Virus record (IMG/VR): IMGVR_UViG_3300010885_026047
Location: 32,001 to 96,000 of that record
DNA: 64,000 nt
Strand: one strand, 5' to 3'
DNA from: a virus
Part shown: piece by piece, positions 19,963 to 28,913 of the stretch
How the letters are laid out: each line of letters starts with the position of its first letter
Numbering within the stretch: the stretch's first letter is position 1
The notes under the pieces: generated by a model
Databases searched by the model: none
What the model was told of the DNA's origin: nothing
Seen by the model: the letters and a program-made list of their open reading frames with translations, nothing else
Translations under genes and position numbers: made by a program

Positions 19963-20604
19963 TTAACATCCTTCTCCAGGTTCTCTTCGGTCTGGTACTT
20001 TTCCATATACACTATCCAGAAACTCGTTCTCTTTTAACATCGTTTCAAACTCTTCATAAGACCCTTTCTTTAGTCCTGTTGTGTGGTTATAAAGGGGCAA
20101 GTCTTCTGATGGTACAGGTTCTCCAGATAACCATCTTGCATCTGTTTCTTGTTTTCCTTTTAGCCAGTTTACTAGTTCTTCATCAGTAGTTTCGGATAAC
20201 AGTTTGTCTATATCCTTTTCTAACTGTATAAGATCAACGTGAGGTCTTTCTGTCTCTTCGTGTGTTTCGTGTACTGAGCACTCTATCTCTTTCTGTAGAG
20301 CTTTGTACTTCTGTTTTAGTTCTTCATAGCCAGTGTCCAACATATCCCGTTGTTTTTTCATATACTTCAAAGTCTCTTGCGAAGTTTCGTACTTCTCTAC
20401 CCACTCATCTCTTTGTTTAAGTAGCATGTTTCTGTGCTTTGAAAGTATATCTAACAACTGTTGAGCTTTTGTTGCTTCTGTTATAGCGTTTTTAGCTAAC
20501 GGTTCCCATCTTTTTGCAGCATGTAAATATCCCCACAGATATCCAAGACCTGTAGTTACAAGAGAGATAGCAATGTATATCAGTACTATAGTTTGTGTTG
20601 TCAT
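19963..20604 (-). CDS. membrane-anchored coiled-coil protein
   Basis: N-terminal hydrophobic helix followed by heptads. Confidence 0.7.
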   Translation of the reverse strand: MTTQTIVLIYIAISLVTTGLGYLWGYLHAAKRWEPLAKNAITEATKAQQLLDILSKHRNMLLKQRDEWVEKYETSQETLKYMKKQRDMLDTGYEELKQKYKALQKEIECSVHETHEETERPHVDLIQLEKDIDKLLSETTDEELVNWLKGKQETDARWLSGEPVPSEDLPLYNHTTGLKKGSYEEFETMLKENEFLDSVYGKVPDRREPGEGC

Positions 20605-20728
20605 ATCTGTTTTGTTTTTAATTTGGCTATCGATAGAAAAAGAGAAACAAGCAACTGGTTACCCATAAGATACACCAGTTACTGTTCTCCGTTCACATGC
20701 ACAACCAAACGTACATATCTTTTTTTCC

Positions 20729-21070
20729 TTAACTTAACCACTCTGCAGGTGCTGGTGTTGTTTTCCGGTTATAGCAGATAAGTCCTATCCAGTGTTCTCC
20801 AGTGTCTGTAACAAAGTGCTGTGGTTTCTCTACTTTCTCTGCATATCTCGGTTTTAAAACTCCTAGAGAACCAAGTAGTTCCTGAGACCTTATCCAGTCA
20901 GCGTACTGTGGATCTTCTCTACAGACATATCCCCAGGTCTTGTGTAGGTACTTTCCGAACGAGAGTAAACTTTCATACGACTCTCTGTGAGTAGACATAC
21001 TGTACGGTATTTTCTTCCACTCCTTCTTCTGTGTATCTGGTTTCTGTTGGACCTTCTTACTTATCTGCAT
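20729..21070 (-). CDS. FGKY-motif protein (DUF3820 / exonuclease X C-terminal-like)
   Basis: LSFGKY..KT...V...DPQYADW. Confidence 0.6.
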   Translation of the reverse strand: MQISKKVQQKPDTQKKEWKKIPYSMSTHRESYESLLSFGKYLHKTWGYVCREDPQYADWIRSQELLGSLGVLKPRYAEKVEKPQHFVTDTGEHWIGLICYNRKTTPAPAEWLS

Positions 21071-21399
21071 CAGTTTTGTTGATCTTCAGTGACTTCCAGT
21101 TGTTTGCTTTTCTCAACTCTTACAAATGGTTTTGTGTACCCATGTTCTTGCAGCCATATCTCCGGTCTTCTAACACGTAACCTCTGTCTGTAGAAGTGTT
21201 GCCCTGGTCTCGTAAACCACGAGAGAGCTATACCTACAAGACCTCCTACGTTTAACAAACCTGTCCATATAGCTCCCATAACGTGACTTGGTATCAGTTC
21301 TGAACGGTTCCATAGCTCTATAGCGGAGATATCTATACAGACTAACATAACTGTTATAGCTGTTCTATACGGTAGTGTGTATATCCATCTTTGTTTCAT
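21070..21399 (-). CDS. small membrane protein
   Basis: two hydrophobic segments. Confidence 0.55.
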   Translation of the reverse strand: MKQRWIYTLPYRTAITVMLVCIDISAIELWNRSELIPSHVMGAIWTGLLNVGGLVGIALSWFTRPGQHFYRQRLRVRRPEIWLQEHGYTKPFVRVEKSKQLEVTEDQQN

Positions 21400-21579
21400 A
21401 ACTGTTGTGGCTTTAAGTCGTTGTGAACAGATAGTTCTGAAACATATACATCTATCAGAGCACTTGGAGTATCATCTTCTATCCACATCCACTTGTTGGG
21501 ATCGTGTACTGGTTGTGTCCACTCTGCTACTGGTATCTTTCCTGAAGTTTCTTGGTTGTTGTACATAGTTTTGGTTGTT

Positions 21580-21885
21580 TTAGTGTGGTAACAATAGCTT
21601 ACAGACCGGAGCTGAGATAAACCCTGAAGATACTCTACGTAGTTCTGGTCCTATATGTCCGGCTTTTAACATCTCTTCATAGATACCTTCGTTTTCACTG
21701 TAGTCTTTTACGATAACTTCATCGGCTTCTATCTGTTCTTCAGGTATGTTGATAGTAGCTACACACTCTGACTCTGGCCCAAACTGTTCATCTTCTGTAG
21801 AGATATACACTACAGCAAGTCGTTTGTTGTTATATCTGTGAACAGTCGGTGTCCACTTGTGAAAGTTCTCTTGTATATAGTTCAT
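21580..21885 (-). CDS. DUF4313-like hypothetical protein
   Basis: Y.N.RLA...ATINIP...KDYSENEG...SGF motif. Confidence 0.55.
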   Translation of the reverse strand: MNYIQENFHKWTPTVHRYNNKRLAVVYISTEDEQFGPESECVATINIPEEQIEADEVIVKDYSENEGIYEEMLKAGHIGPELRRVSSGFISAPVCKLLLPH

Positions 21886-21916
21886 GTTTGGTTGTTTTGT
21901 ATCGTTTAGTTTGTTG

Positions 21917-22396
21917 TTATCTGTACATCTTCATGTTGTTGTACTGGCTGTTTACTTCTTGCATGATCTTCTCGTTTCCTGTACCTGTGTCCGGGTGATA
22001 CATCTTGCAGAGTTGTCTATAACGTTTCTTCACTTCCTCTGCTGTTCTACAGCTAGAGAAGTAGTCAGTTTTACTTCTTACCCAGTCACTATAGTCTCTG
22101 CTGTTATAGCTCCTTGACTTTCTCTGACGAGGTTCAACCTTCAGCATAGTCAGACAGAACAGGTTTGTTACCCACTTCTGACCAAACTGTACACTCTTAA
22201 CACTGAAAGAGCCAGACACTTTATCGTTTAACTCTACAGGTCCTAACAGCTTCTCTATGTTATCGTCAAAGATAACCATATACAGGTCACGTTTGTCATC
22301 GGTGTGTATAACGATGTTGACCTTTCGTTTGATCTTACCGGTACACTCTTCAGACTCACCTACCCAGGTTATCCTGCCTATATAGTCGTATGTCAT
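21917..22396 (-). CDS. DUF3127-like OB-fold (SSB-like) domain fused to a DnaJ J-domain
   Basis: N-terminal GRI...K.K...F..DNI...VSGSFSVKS..FGQKWVTNL; C-terminal EVKKRYRQLCKMYHPD...MQEVN.QY. Confidence 0.75.
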   Translation of the reverse strand: MTYDYIGRITWVGESEECTGKIKRKVNIVIHTDDKRDLYMVIFDDNIEKLLGPVELNDKVSGSFSVKSVQFGQKWVTNLFCLTMLKVEPRQRKSRSYNSRDYSDWVRSKTDYFSSCRTAEEVKKRYRQLCKMYHPDTGTGNEKIMQEVNSQYNNMKMYR

Positions 22397-22647
22397 ATAG
22401 CTGTTATCTGAACGTCTTCATCTTCTGGTAAAACTCCTATAACTTCTAACAGGTTGTGGTCTACTTCTGTATCTATCGGATAGTGGATAAACTCATCGAA
22501 GAACTCCTCTTGTGTATACCCTAACTGTTCCATAGTTACCATATCTCCATCTTCTGTGTCAGTTCTTACTTTCAACTCTTTGTTGATCTCTGCAGAGACA
22601 CGAAACTTGTAGTTACTTGCATCTCTATACTGTAGTTCATACTTCAT
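22393..22647 (-). CDS. hypothetical protein
   Basis: YRDASNYK N-terminal motif. Confidence 0.65.
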   Translation of the reverse strand: MKYELQYRDASNYKFRVSAEINKELKVRTDTEDGDMVTMEQLGYTQEEFFDEFIHYPIDTEVDHNLLEVIGVLPEDEDVQITAI

Positions 22648-22651
22648 ACTT

Positions 22652-23152
22652 TTAGTCGTTTTTAACCCATTTGCTTTCTCCTACTACCACTCTCTTTGGG
22701 TACTTTCTTATCCGGTTACCGTTAAAGAACAACTGCGGGTTTATCCAAAACACATCTTTGTACTCTGCTGTAGGTGTCATAAACTCATATCTGCAGAGTT
22801 CCTTCATAGCCTCTTTGTACGTGTTTATAGACTTTATAGTGTTCTTCTTCATGTACCACTCACGGTTCAGATATATCCAGTCTTTGTTGACTTCCACGTT
22901 ATAGAGTAGATATAGATAGAGAGACTTAGCTGCTGCTGATAAGTTATAGACCCTGTCTTTACACCCTGCTGACTGGTATATCCGTGTTGACTTAGCTTTT
23001 TCTACCAAACGTTCTACAGGTATATCTTCACCTGTTTTCTCATCTCTGACGAACATCTTACTCTCTACAACAGCAGTAGCTTCTATACACAGTTTACTGG
23101 CAAACGGGTTGTTTATCAGCTTGGTTTGGTCTATCTCTTGTCGTTTCTTCAT
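22652..23152 (-). CDS. RepL-like winged-helix DNA-binding protein
   Basis: LS..A..LYLYL...SINTYKEAMKEL...FWINPQLFFNG. Confidence 0.75.
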   Translation of the reverse strand: MKKRQEIDQTKLINNPFASKLCIEATAVVESKMFVRDEKTGEDIPVERLVEKAKSTRIYQSAGCKDRVYNLSAAAKSLYLYLLYNVEVNKDWIYLNREWYMKKNTIKSINTYKEAMKELCRYEFMTPTAEYKDVFWINPQLFFNGNRIRKYPKRVVVGESKWVKND

Positions 23153-23153
23153 G

Positions 23154-23426
23154 TGTCAGTCTTTTGACAAAGTTACAAACTCTTTTTCAACTTGTCAAAT
23201 TTTTGACTACTTTTATCTTGTTTTTGAAACTGTCAACCAGTTGACACCGATCCTGACAACTTTGTCCTCTGAAACCCTTGTCTGTACTGTCATACAACTA
23301 CTTTTTACCATACAACACTTTTCCGCCCTTCTTGTTACTACGATAAAGTACGACCTACGTAAACACTCTTCATAGCAGCCATAGGTATAGGTTTCAGCAG
23401 TTTTTAGCACTGTCAACCTACTGACA
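23154..23426. repeat. four TGTCA-N6-TGAC(A/T) palindromic sites
   Basis: copies at 23154-23169, 23193-23208, 23231-23246 and 23411-23426; minus-strand -7 promoter element TAACTTTG at 23168-23175. Confidence 0.8.
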
Positions 23427-23549
23427 ACTATCTACAGCCAGTTAACCCACCAGATATAACTACTACCTGCAGAGAGTTGTTTCTAGCAGGGTTTCGTGTT
23501 TCTTCTACAGGTTGTTGTGTTCTGGGTATAGCTATACTTCTTCAGGTAG

Positions 23550-23876
23550 TTACTTGCTAGTATAAACCCTCTGCTGATACCAGTTGTGGAACTCTACAGG
23601 GTCTTTCATCATGTCTGACAGTGTCTGTGCTTTTGGCTCAACTCTGTCATAGGCAGGTCTTGTCTTCGGAAACTCTACATATCGACCACTTTCTTTGCCT
23701 ATAGTCAGTTCCTGTAGACCTAACAGAGTACCTACTTCTACACAAACCAGAACGTTATCTGTATCGCTGATAACTGGTATATACTGATCTGCAGGGTAAA
23801 ACCTGGGCCGGAACAAACCTATGACCCTGTCTTGCATTTGTCTGAGAGCTTCACTCAGTTGCTTTGTGTCTTGCAT
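23550..23876 (-). CDS. hypothetical protein
   Basis: 108-aa ORF with A-rich leader. Confidence 0.6.
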   Translation of the reverse strand: MQDTKQLSEALRQMQDRVIGLFRPRFYPADQYIPVISDTDNVLVCVEVGTLLGLQELTIGKESGRYVEFPKTRPAYDRVEPKAQTLSDMMKDPVEFHNWYQQRVYTSK

Positions 23877-23957
23877 GTTTTTGTGTTTTAACTGGTTAAC
23901 TTATCTTGGATAACGCTTCACTTCTGTAGAAAGGGTGTATAGAGCAGAACATCGAAC

Positions 23958-24197
23958 TTACTCTATATGGCTTAGGAGAAAGTTTGCCAACTGTTTTGCC
24001 TGTAGACTATCTATACCTACATGTAGCTCTCTTTCCAGGTCTTCATCCCATTTACAGATGTCCAGAAACGCACCATTACCATGTTCTGTAGAGTCTATAC
24101 TGAGCCTTTCAGCAACTTTATCATCACCATACTCTGCCTGTTGACCTTCTTTGTACTCGGTCAGAAACATCTCTAACTTACTGTAGCTGAGTTTCAT
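23958..24197 (-). CDS. hypothetical protein
   Basis: ATG at 24197. Confidence 0.55.
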   Translation of the reverse strand: MKLSYSKLEMFLTEYKEGQQAEYGDDKVAERLSIDSTEHGNGAFLDICKWDEDLERELHVGIDSLQAKQLANFLLSHIE

Positions 24198-24288
24198 ATA
24201 TCTAGACTTTTTAACTTTGTGTGAAACGAAAAACACCTGCACAGAACTATATCCATGCAGATGTTACTTAAACGAACAAGGTGTGTTA

Positions 24289-24411
24289 CTACTCCTCAAC
24301 TGGAGAAGGAACGTACACGAGAAGTGCTGTAGGGTACTGATCTTCGAACTGTGACCACGTTCCAACAAACTCTCTTATCTTGGCTGACTTAGACGACAGC
24401 AGCTTAAACAT
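24289..24411 (-). CDS. 40-aa small protein (not in ORF track)
   Basis: MFKLLSSKSAKIREFVGTWSQFEDQYPTALLVYVPSPVEE, translated by hand. Confidence 0.4.
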   Translation of the reverse strand: MFKLLSSKSAKIREFVGTWSQFEDQYPTALLVYVPSPVEE

Positions 24412-24516
24412 AAACAAAAACATAATATCTACAGACGCGGCATTACCCTGCTGTAGACCCTGTACTTAAACACTTATAAACTACCCTGAAGAGAGAGAGT
24501 AGTAACTACAGGTAGA

Positions 24517-24688
24517 TGATGTGAGTGAGAGTAGGATTCGGCACCTACAACAACTTTAGCTATGAACTTGACCCTATCAGTAGCCCAACCGTACTTCAGC
24601 CTGTTACAGCATGTACATATGCACTATCCTTCGTGCCGTTTATTCACTATAACGGAGCATCTGTTGCATCTTGCTTGACCTCACCCAC
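24517..24688 (-). ncRNA. tRNA-like RNA with an expanded central domain
   Basis: acceptor-like stem GTGGGTGAG/CTCACTCAC-A; T-arm GTAGG-TGCCGAAT-CCTAC; ~110-nt multi-hairpin interior. Confidence 0.5.
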
Positions 24689-24752
24689 ACCACCTATCTA
24701 TACTACTACCCTTCTATCCTCTACTACAGGTAAAACTAACTTAAAACAACTA

Positions 24753-24923
24753 CTAGTTATAGTAAGACCCTTCCTCACCATCCCACTCTTTACAGCAGAG
24801 TATCTGATAGTTCGGGTTATTGGCATATGCTTTTGTCCTTGCTTCAGTATCTGAAGTAGCATTGATAGTAATCCACCAAGGTCTATCTGTGTGATGACAC
24901 GTAACTTGTAACTTATACAACAT
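24753..24923 (-). CDS. 56-aa small protein (not in ORF track)
   Basis: MLYKLQVTCHHTDRPWWITINATSDTEARTKAYANNPNYQILCCKEWDGEEGSYYN, translated by hand. Confidence 0.5.
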   Translation of the reverse strand: MLYKLQVTCHHTDRPWWITINATSDTEARTKAYANNPNYQILCCKEWDGEEGSYYN

Positions 24924-25400
24924 AACCTAGTAGCCACTGAAGTAGGCCCACACTATAAACATATGAACTTAAAAACAACTACACACACTACAAGAAACAA
25001 CAACTATACCCTTCAAACTACTACAGAGATAACCATAAGCTATACAAAACCACTGCAGAAACACCACAAAACCAACCAATATACCCTGAAGATACACCAT
25101 AACCCTACAAGAGAGCATAACCATACACCACTCTACCAAGCTAACAGTAGTACAGATAGCACTATAAGTAGGTCAAAAGGACACCAGTAAGGTCAGTTTG
25201 CGACAAAAAAGAGAGAAAATACTGTTATGTGGAGTAGTATAATACCCTCAAATCCCCTCTTTCACACACAAAGTAGCAGTTATATATCTTCGGTGCCGCA
25301 ATATGACCTTGAGAGTGGGTGTTTTTTGGTGTCAACCCCGCTATAGGCGATAACATTTGACCTATAGTAAAACCAGCTTATACGTAACTCACCACAACTT

Positions 25401-25452
25401 AGAGAAGTATAGAGAGCACCCTAACTTGTAGGATACTCTCTATAAACTCTTT
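25401..25452 (-). terminator. long hairpin, probable terminator or processing stem
   Basis: AGAGAAGTATAGAGAGCACCCTA / TAGGATACTCTCTATAAACTCT. Confidence 0.45.
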
Positions 25453-25474
25453 ATACATAACAAGGAATACTACT

Positions 25475-25624
25475 CTATGCTACTTTGAAGTGACCTTTGA
25501 ACAGTCCTGCTCCAAGTGGTATCATAGTAAAAGAAACACTCCTACGATACCTGTTACGGAGCAGTTGGTAAGCAGCTATAAGCTGTACGTAGGTCCTGGC
25601 TGAGAACGATATAATCTTTTTCAT
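25475..25624 (-). CDS. 49-aa basic small protein (not in ORF track)
   Basis: MKKIISFSARTYVQLIAAYQLLRNRYRRSVSFTMIPLGAGLFKGHFKVA after an AAAACAACCAAAG leader. Confidence 0.5.
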   Translation of the reverse strand: MKKIISFSARTYVQLIAAYQLLRNRYRRSVSFTMIPLGAGLFKGHFKVA

Positions 25625-25677
25625 CTTTGGTTGTTTTAGATATGAACTGATGTTTTGTTTGTTAACCTTTAACGATA

Positions 25678-25720
25678 AGAGTGTAGAGAGTTACCCTTAA
25701 CGGATAACCCTCTATCTCTC
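25678..25720 (-). terminator. hairpin downstream of the 25727-26398 gene
   Basis: GAGTGTAGAGAGTTA / TAACCCTCTATCTCTC imperfect inverted repeat. Confidence 0.4.
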
Positions 25721-25726
25721 AACTGT

Positions 25727-26398
25727 TTACGCTACAACAGGTGCTGCTGAAGTAACGGCTGGTGTAAACGCCTTGTTACGTGCAAACCATGCATCAGACA
25801 GCTGCTGTTTGTTGTCATGTGCTACATAGCTGTCCATAGCTTCGGGCTTATAAACACCGTTGTTGTTGGCAAAATGTGCCATAACCCTACGATATATCGG
25901 AGTTGCTACTGCCTCACCCTGGGCATTTGGTTCATACTTCAGCAACTGGATACCGTCTGGTGTCTTCTTCAGGTCACGACCTGGGTTAGTCTTGCTGAAA
26001 GGTATCGTACTTTCATGTACACATACCCGAACACGTTTAACGGGTTCACCTACCTTAGCACCTAACAGTACCAAACGGGTTTCGATATCATCCCCGTCAT
26101 CACCAAACACATTGGTATATACCGGAACAGGTTTCCCGCTGTCCGATAAATCCATAACACCAAGCCGCATAAATGCAACTTCTTTACCATTTGTACCCGG
26201 TTGGATACGTGCACCATTACCCTGTACTGGAGTCCATGCTCCTGAAGGGTCTTCCACAAACTCCGGTAACAGGATTACTGCACCGTCACCATACATAGCC
26301 GTCTTCTCTGCAAGATACCTGCGGATGGCTGAACGGTTAGCCTTTAACTGTGTGTCACTAAGTGACTGTCTTGCTGCAACATTAGCTGCTGTGCTCAT
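25727..26398 (-). CDS. hypothetical early protein
   Basis: 223-aa ORF flanked by hairpins. Confidence 0.75.
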   Translation of the reverse strand: MSTAANVAARQSLSDTQLKANRSAIRRYLAEKTAMYGDGAVILLPEFVEDPSGAWTPVQGNGARIQPGTNGKEVAFMRLGVMDLSDSGKPVPVYTNVFGDDGDDIETRLVLLGAKVGEPVKRVRVCVHESTIPFSKTNPGRDLKKTPDGIQLLKYEPNAQGEAVATPIYRRVMAHFANNNGVYKPEAMDSYVAHDNKQQLSDAWFARNKAFTPAVTSAAPVVA

Positions 26399-26465
26399 AA
26401 GAATTGTTTTTAGTATAAAAGAAATGCCTACTCTGTTACAGGTTTTCGGCTTACCCTGTTTATCT

Positions 26466-26810
26466 TTAACCAGCTATATGGGCTATCCAGTTATTGATGG
26501 CTCTGGACATGCTGATGTTATCAGTAGCCTTAGCTTGGATTTCCTCTATGGACATAACTGTGACATCACCATATGTCTGGATGGAATTGTTCGGATTACT
26601 GGTATACACATCAACAATACCATTCTCACCATAGTACTCATCACACAACTGTTGTACAACAAACTCATTGTTATATGTATAATACTGGATACTACCATAA
26701 CACCTAAGGCATGTGAGGTAGATGTAACCGTCTGATGATTTCTCTAACTGGTTACGTAGATTGGCTACAAGTGCTGAAGCCTTTTTATACTGCTGGATTA
26801 ACTCTTTCAT
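26466..26810 (-). CDS. hypothetical protein
   Basis: 114-aa ORF; lacks the AAT/ATT avoidance. Confidence 0.65.
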   Translation of the reverse strand: MKELIQQYKKASALVANLRNQLEKSSDGYIYLTCLRCYGSIQYYTYNNEFVVQQLCDEYYGENGIVDVYTSNPNNSIQTYGDVTVMSIEEIQAKATDNISMSRAINNWIAHIAG

Positions 26811-26843
26811 TGCTGATATATATTTAGAAGATGAGGAATAGAT

Positions 26844-27047
26844 TTAATGTGCTGCAAGCATTGCTATATCAGCATGGTGATTACACATGGCATAGCTACC
26901 AATATACTGTACTGCTGGATTAGGACAATCCATTTGGCATTTGCATACAGGTATTGCCTCTGACCAGTCTAACAGGTTATCAGTAGACAGTTGTTCATTA
27001 GCCATTTGGCTCAATGTTTGCTTTTCAGATGAAGTGAAGCCTTCCAT
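26844..27047 (-). CDS. small Cys/His protein
   Basis: CQMDCPNPA...MCNHH. Confidence 0.55.
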   Translation of the reverse strand: MEGFTSSEKQTLSQMANEQLSTDNLLDWSEAIPVCKCQMDCPNPAVQYIGSYAMCNHHADIAMLAAH

Positions 27048-27225
27048 AAGTATTGTTTTTAAGATGTTAACAATGGTTTAACTACCGGGGTTCCCCCGCT
27101 TTTGGTAAATGAACATGAAACGAGTAGGGTACTCCTAACCACTCACGAACACAAACAAAAAATAGCCAGGAAGTTTTTGGGGAAAAAGTTTTTATATGTG
27201 AACTCTGTTTGTATCTTTGTGTTAT

Positions 27226-27615
27226 ATGACTATAGATGAGAGGTTAGCTATACAGATAGAGTTACCGTTGTTTAGTCTGAAGTATGACAAGATAGCTGAA
27301 CCTCTTATACATAGTTTAGAACTACATAGTACGTATCTGATTTATGACTTTGAAGCTTACATGGATAAGTTCCCTGATGATGAAGATGAGTCTAAGGGAT
27401 GGGTAGTACCAAAGGAGGGGGTTTATCAGAAGATACGTCTGCAGGTTAGAAAAGATCGTATCTGTTCCATGGAGAGTTCTTGGATAGAGGATAGTCAGAT
27501 GTGGACACTTGTTATAACTTACCTATCTACAGACGAACATATACGGATAAAGTTCAATACTGAGAAAGAGCTGAGAGAAGTGGAACTGAAACTATCAGAG
27601 TGGTTGTTTTCTTAG
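27226..27615 (+). CDS. hypothetical protein
   Basis: first plus-strand ORF, preceded by a TATCTTTG -7 element. Confidence 0.65.
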   Translation: MTIDERLAIQIELPLFSLKYDKIAEPLIHSLELHSTYLIYDFEAYMDKFPDDEDESKGWVVPKEGVYQKIRLQVRKDRICSMESSWIEDSQMWTLVITYLSTDEHIRIKFNTEKELREVELKLSEWLFS

Positions 27616-27624
27616 CAGAGAGTA

Positions 27625-28242
27625 TCACAAAGGACTTACACATAGTTCTCTCATCAAGTCTGCTATATGTTTAGCCATACGGTGATAGTGGAACTTATCA
27701 AAACGAACTAAGTTGATATCGTTATCTACACAGAACTTAGTCTTGATCTTGTCTACTTCTTTCCTATCAGGCCTGTCGTGGTAGAAGCTGTCGTACTCAA
27801 CTATGGTGTTGTGATCTGGCAACCAGAAGTCAAAGCGACCCCAACCACCTGTAGAGAGCCGGAGACCTGGAAAGCTTATCTCTCTTTCCCACTTGATATC
27901 ATACTTCTGCAGTTCATCTATGATCATCTGTTCAGGTACAGAAGGTTTGAGTGTATCTCCAAAGTTACTATCAAACCACTGCAGATCAGGACGAGGTCTG
28001 TACTTGTTATCTGGTAGCTTTTTCCACACTGTAGTTGTGCAACCTAAGAACTCATCTATCTGTTCGTGTATAGCTTTCTTGTACTCGTAAGAGGTCTTGT
28101 CTACAGGTGGTGCAGGTTTAGACAACTTCACTACGGGTTCCTGAAAAGTAGCTTTAACCGGAGTTTTCAGAGACCTATCTACCTCATGTGGTTTAAGTAA
28201 CCATATAAGAAAACAAACTACTGCAAGAACAACTATACCCAT
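27625..28242 (-). CDS. membrane-anchored DUF559/Vsr-like PD-(D/E)XK endonuclease
   Basis: N-terminal hydrophobic helix; S.PE..I, RFDFWLP, IVEYD...H, D..K..FC...INLVRF. Confidence 0.7.
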   Translation of the reverse strand: MGIVVLAVVCFLIWLLKPHEVDRSLKTPVKATFQEPVVKLSKPAPPVDKTSYEYKKAIHEQIDEFLGCTTTVWKKLPDNKYRPRPDLQWFDSNFGDTLKPSVPEQMIIDELQKYDIKWEREISFPGLRLSTGGWGRFDFWLPDHNTIVEYDSFYHDRPDRKEVDKIKTKFCVDNDINLVRFDKFHYHRMAKHIADLMRELCVSPL

Positions 28243-28337
28243 AGCACACAAGATACAACAACACTTCCATCTGTGCAAGTGGTAGAGCGAACTTTTTTCA
28301 CGGTATAGTTTTTGTACAACTACTCTAAACACTCTTT

Positions 28338-28526
28338 ATGTCTGTACTTACACTTATCCTCGTTATAGTTCTTGTTGGTGTCCTTCTGTGGGCAATAAAC
28401 CGCTTTATACCTATGGATGCTACTATCAAGAACATCTTGTACTTTGTAGTCGTCCTTGTTCTGATACTTTGGTTACTCCAGGCTTTTGGTGTACTGGGAA
28501 CTTTAGGTTCTGTACGGATCAGGTAA
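28338..28526 (+). CDS. small two-helix membrane protein (Thivi_2564-like)
   Basis: VGVLLWAIN.FIPM...IKNIL..VVV....LWLL..FG. Confidence 0.7.
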   Translation: MSVLTLILVIVLVGVLLWAINRFIPMDATIKNILYFVVVLVLILWLLQAFGVLGTLGSVRIR

Positions 28527-28573
28527 CATAAACTTTTTGTTGGTAGTGTTACTTTACTTTGTATCTTTGACCC

Positions 28574-28837
28574 ATGCAGATAAATTTAACTAACATACTG
28601 CTCTTCTCTATAGCTGGAACACTGGGTTATATAGCTTACTTACGTCACCACTCAAACAAACATAAAATGGCAACTTTTACAGACATCACTACAGCACTTG
28701 GTAACCTTACAACAGCAGTTAACGGAGCTACTGCAGCTTTGACAGGCTCTATCACTCCTGCACAGGGAGATCAGATCGTAACGGCTATAACTGACGCTAC
28801 GACTACACTGAACGCAGCAGTTACTCCTGCACCTTAA
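28574..28837 (+). CDS. small Thr/Ala-rich protein (alternative start at 28667)
   Basis: -7 element TATCTTTG upstream and terminator downstream. Confidence 0.6.
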   Translation: MQINLTNILLFSIAGTLGYIAYLRHHSNKHKMATFTDITTALGNLTTAVNGATAALTGSITPAQGDQIVTAITDATTTLNAAVTPAP

Positions 28838-28863
28838 ACGTTTTCTCATAGGCTACACACATC

Positions 28864-28888
28864 AACCTCAGTCTCTACTGGGGTTTTT
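28864..28888 (+). terminator. intrinsic terminator
   Basis: AACCTCAGT/ACTGGGGTT plus T run. Confidence 0.65.
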
Positions 28889-28913
28889 GGTTTTTATCTC
28901 CTAACTTTGTCTG

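Noticed and set aside
23213-23416. 67-aa ORF upstream of RepL, and the 24963..25190 ORF
   Set aside because: They overlap the palindrome array or a low-complexity tract and have biased, non-protein-like composition
24517-24688. Canonical tRNA gene
   Set aside because: No standard D-arm or anticodon arm, 8-nt T-loop, no CCA; kept only as a tRNA-like candidate
25860-26735. 291-aa plus-strand ORF and the many other antisense ORFs in the track
   Set aside because: They shadow better minus- or plus-strand genes and lack leaders or recognisable motifs
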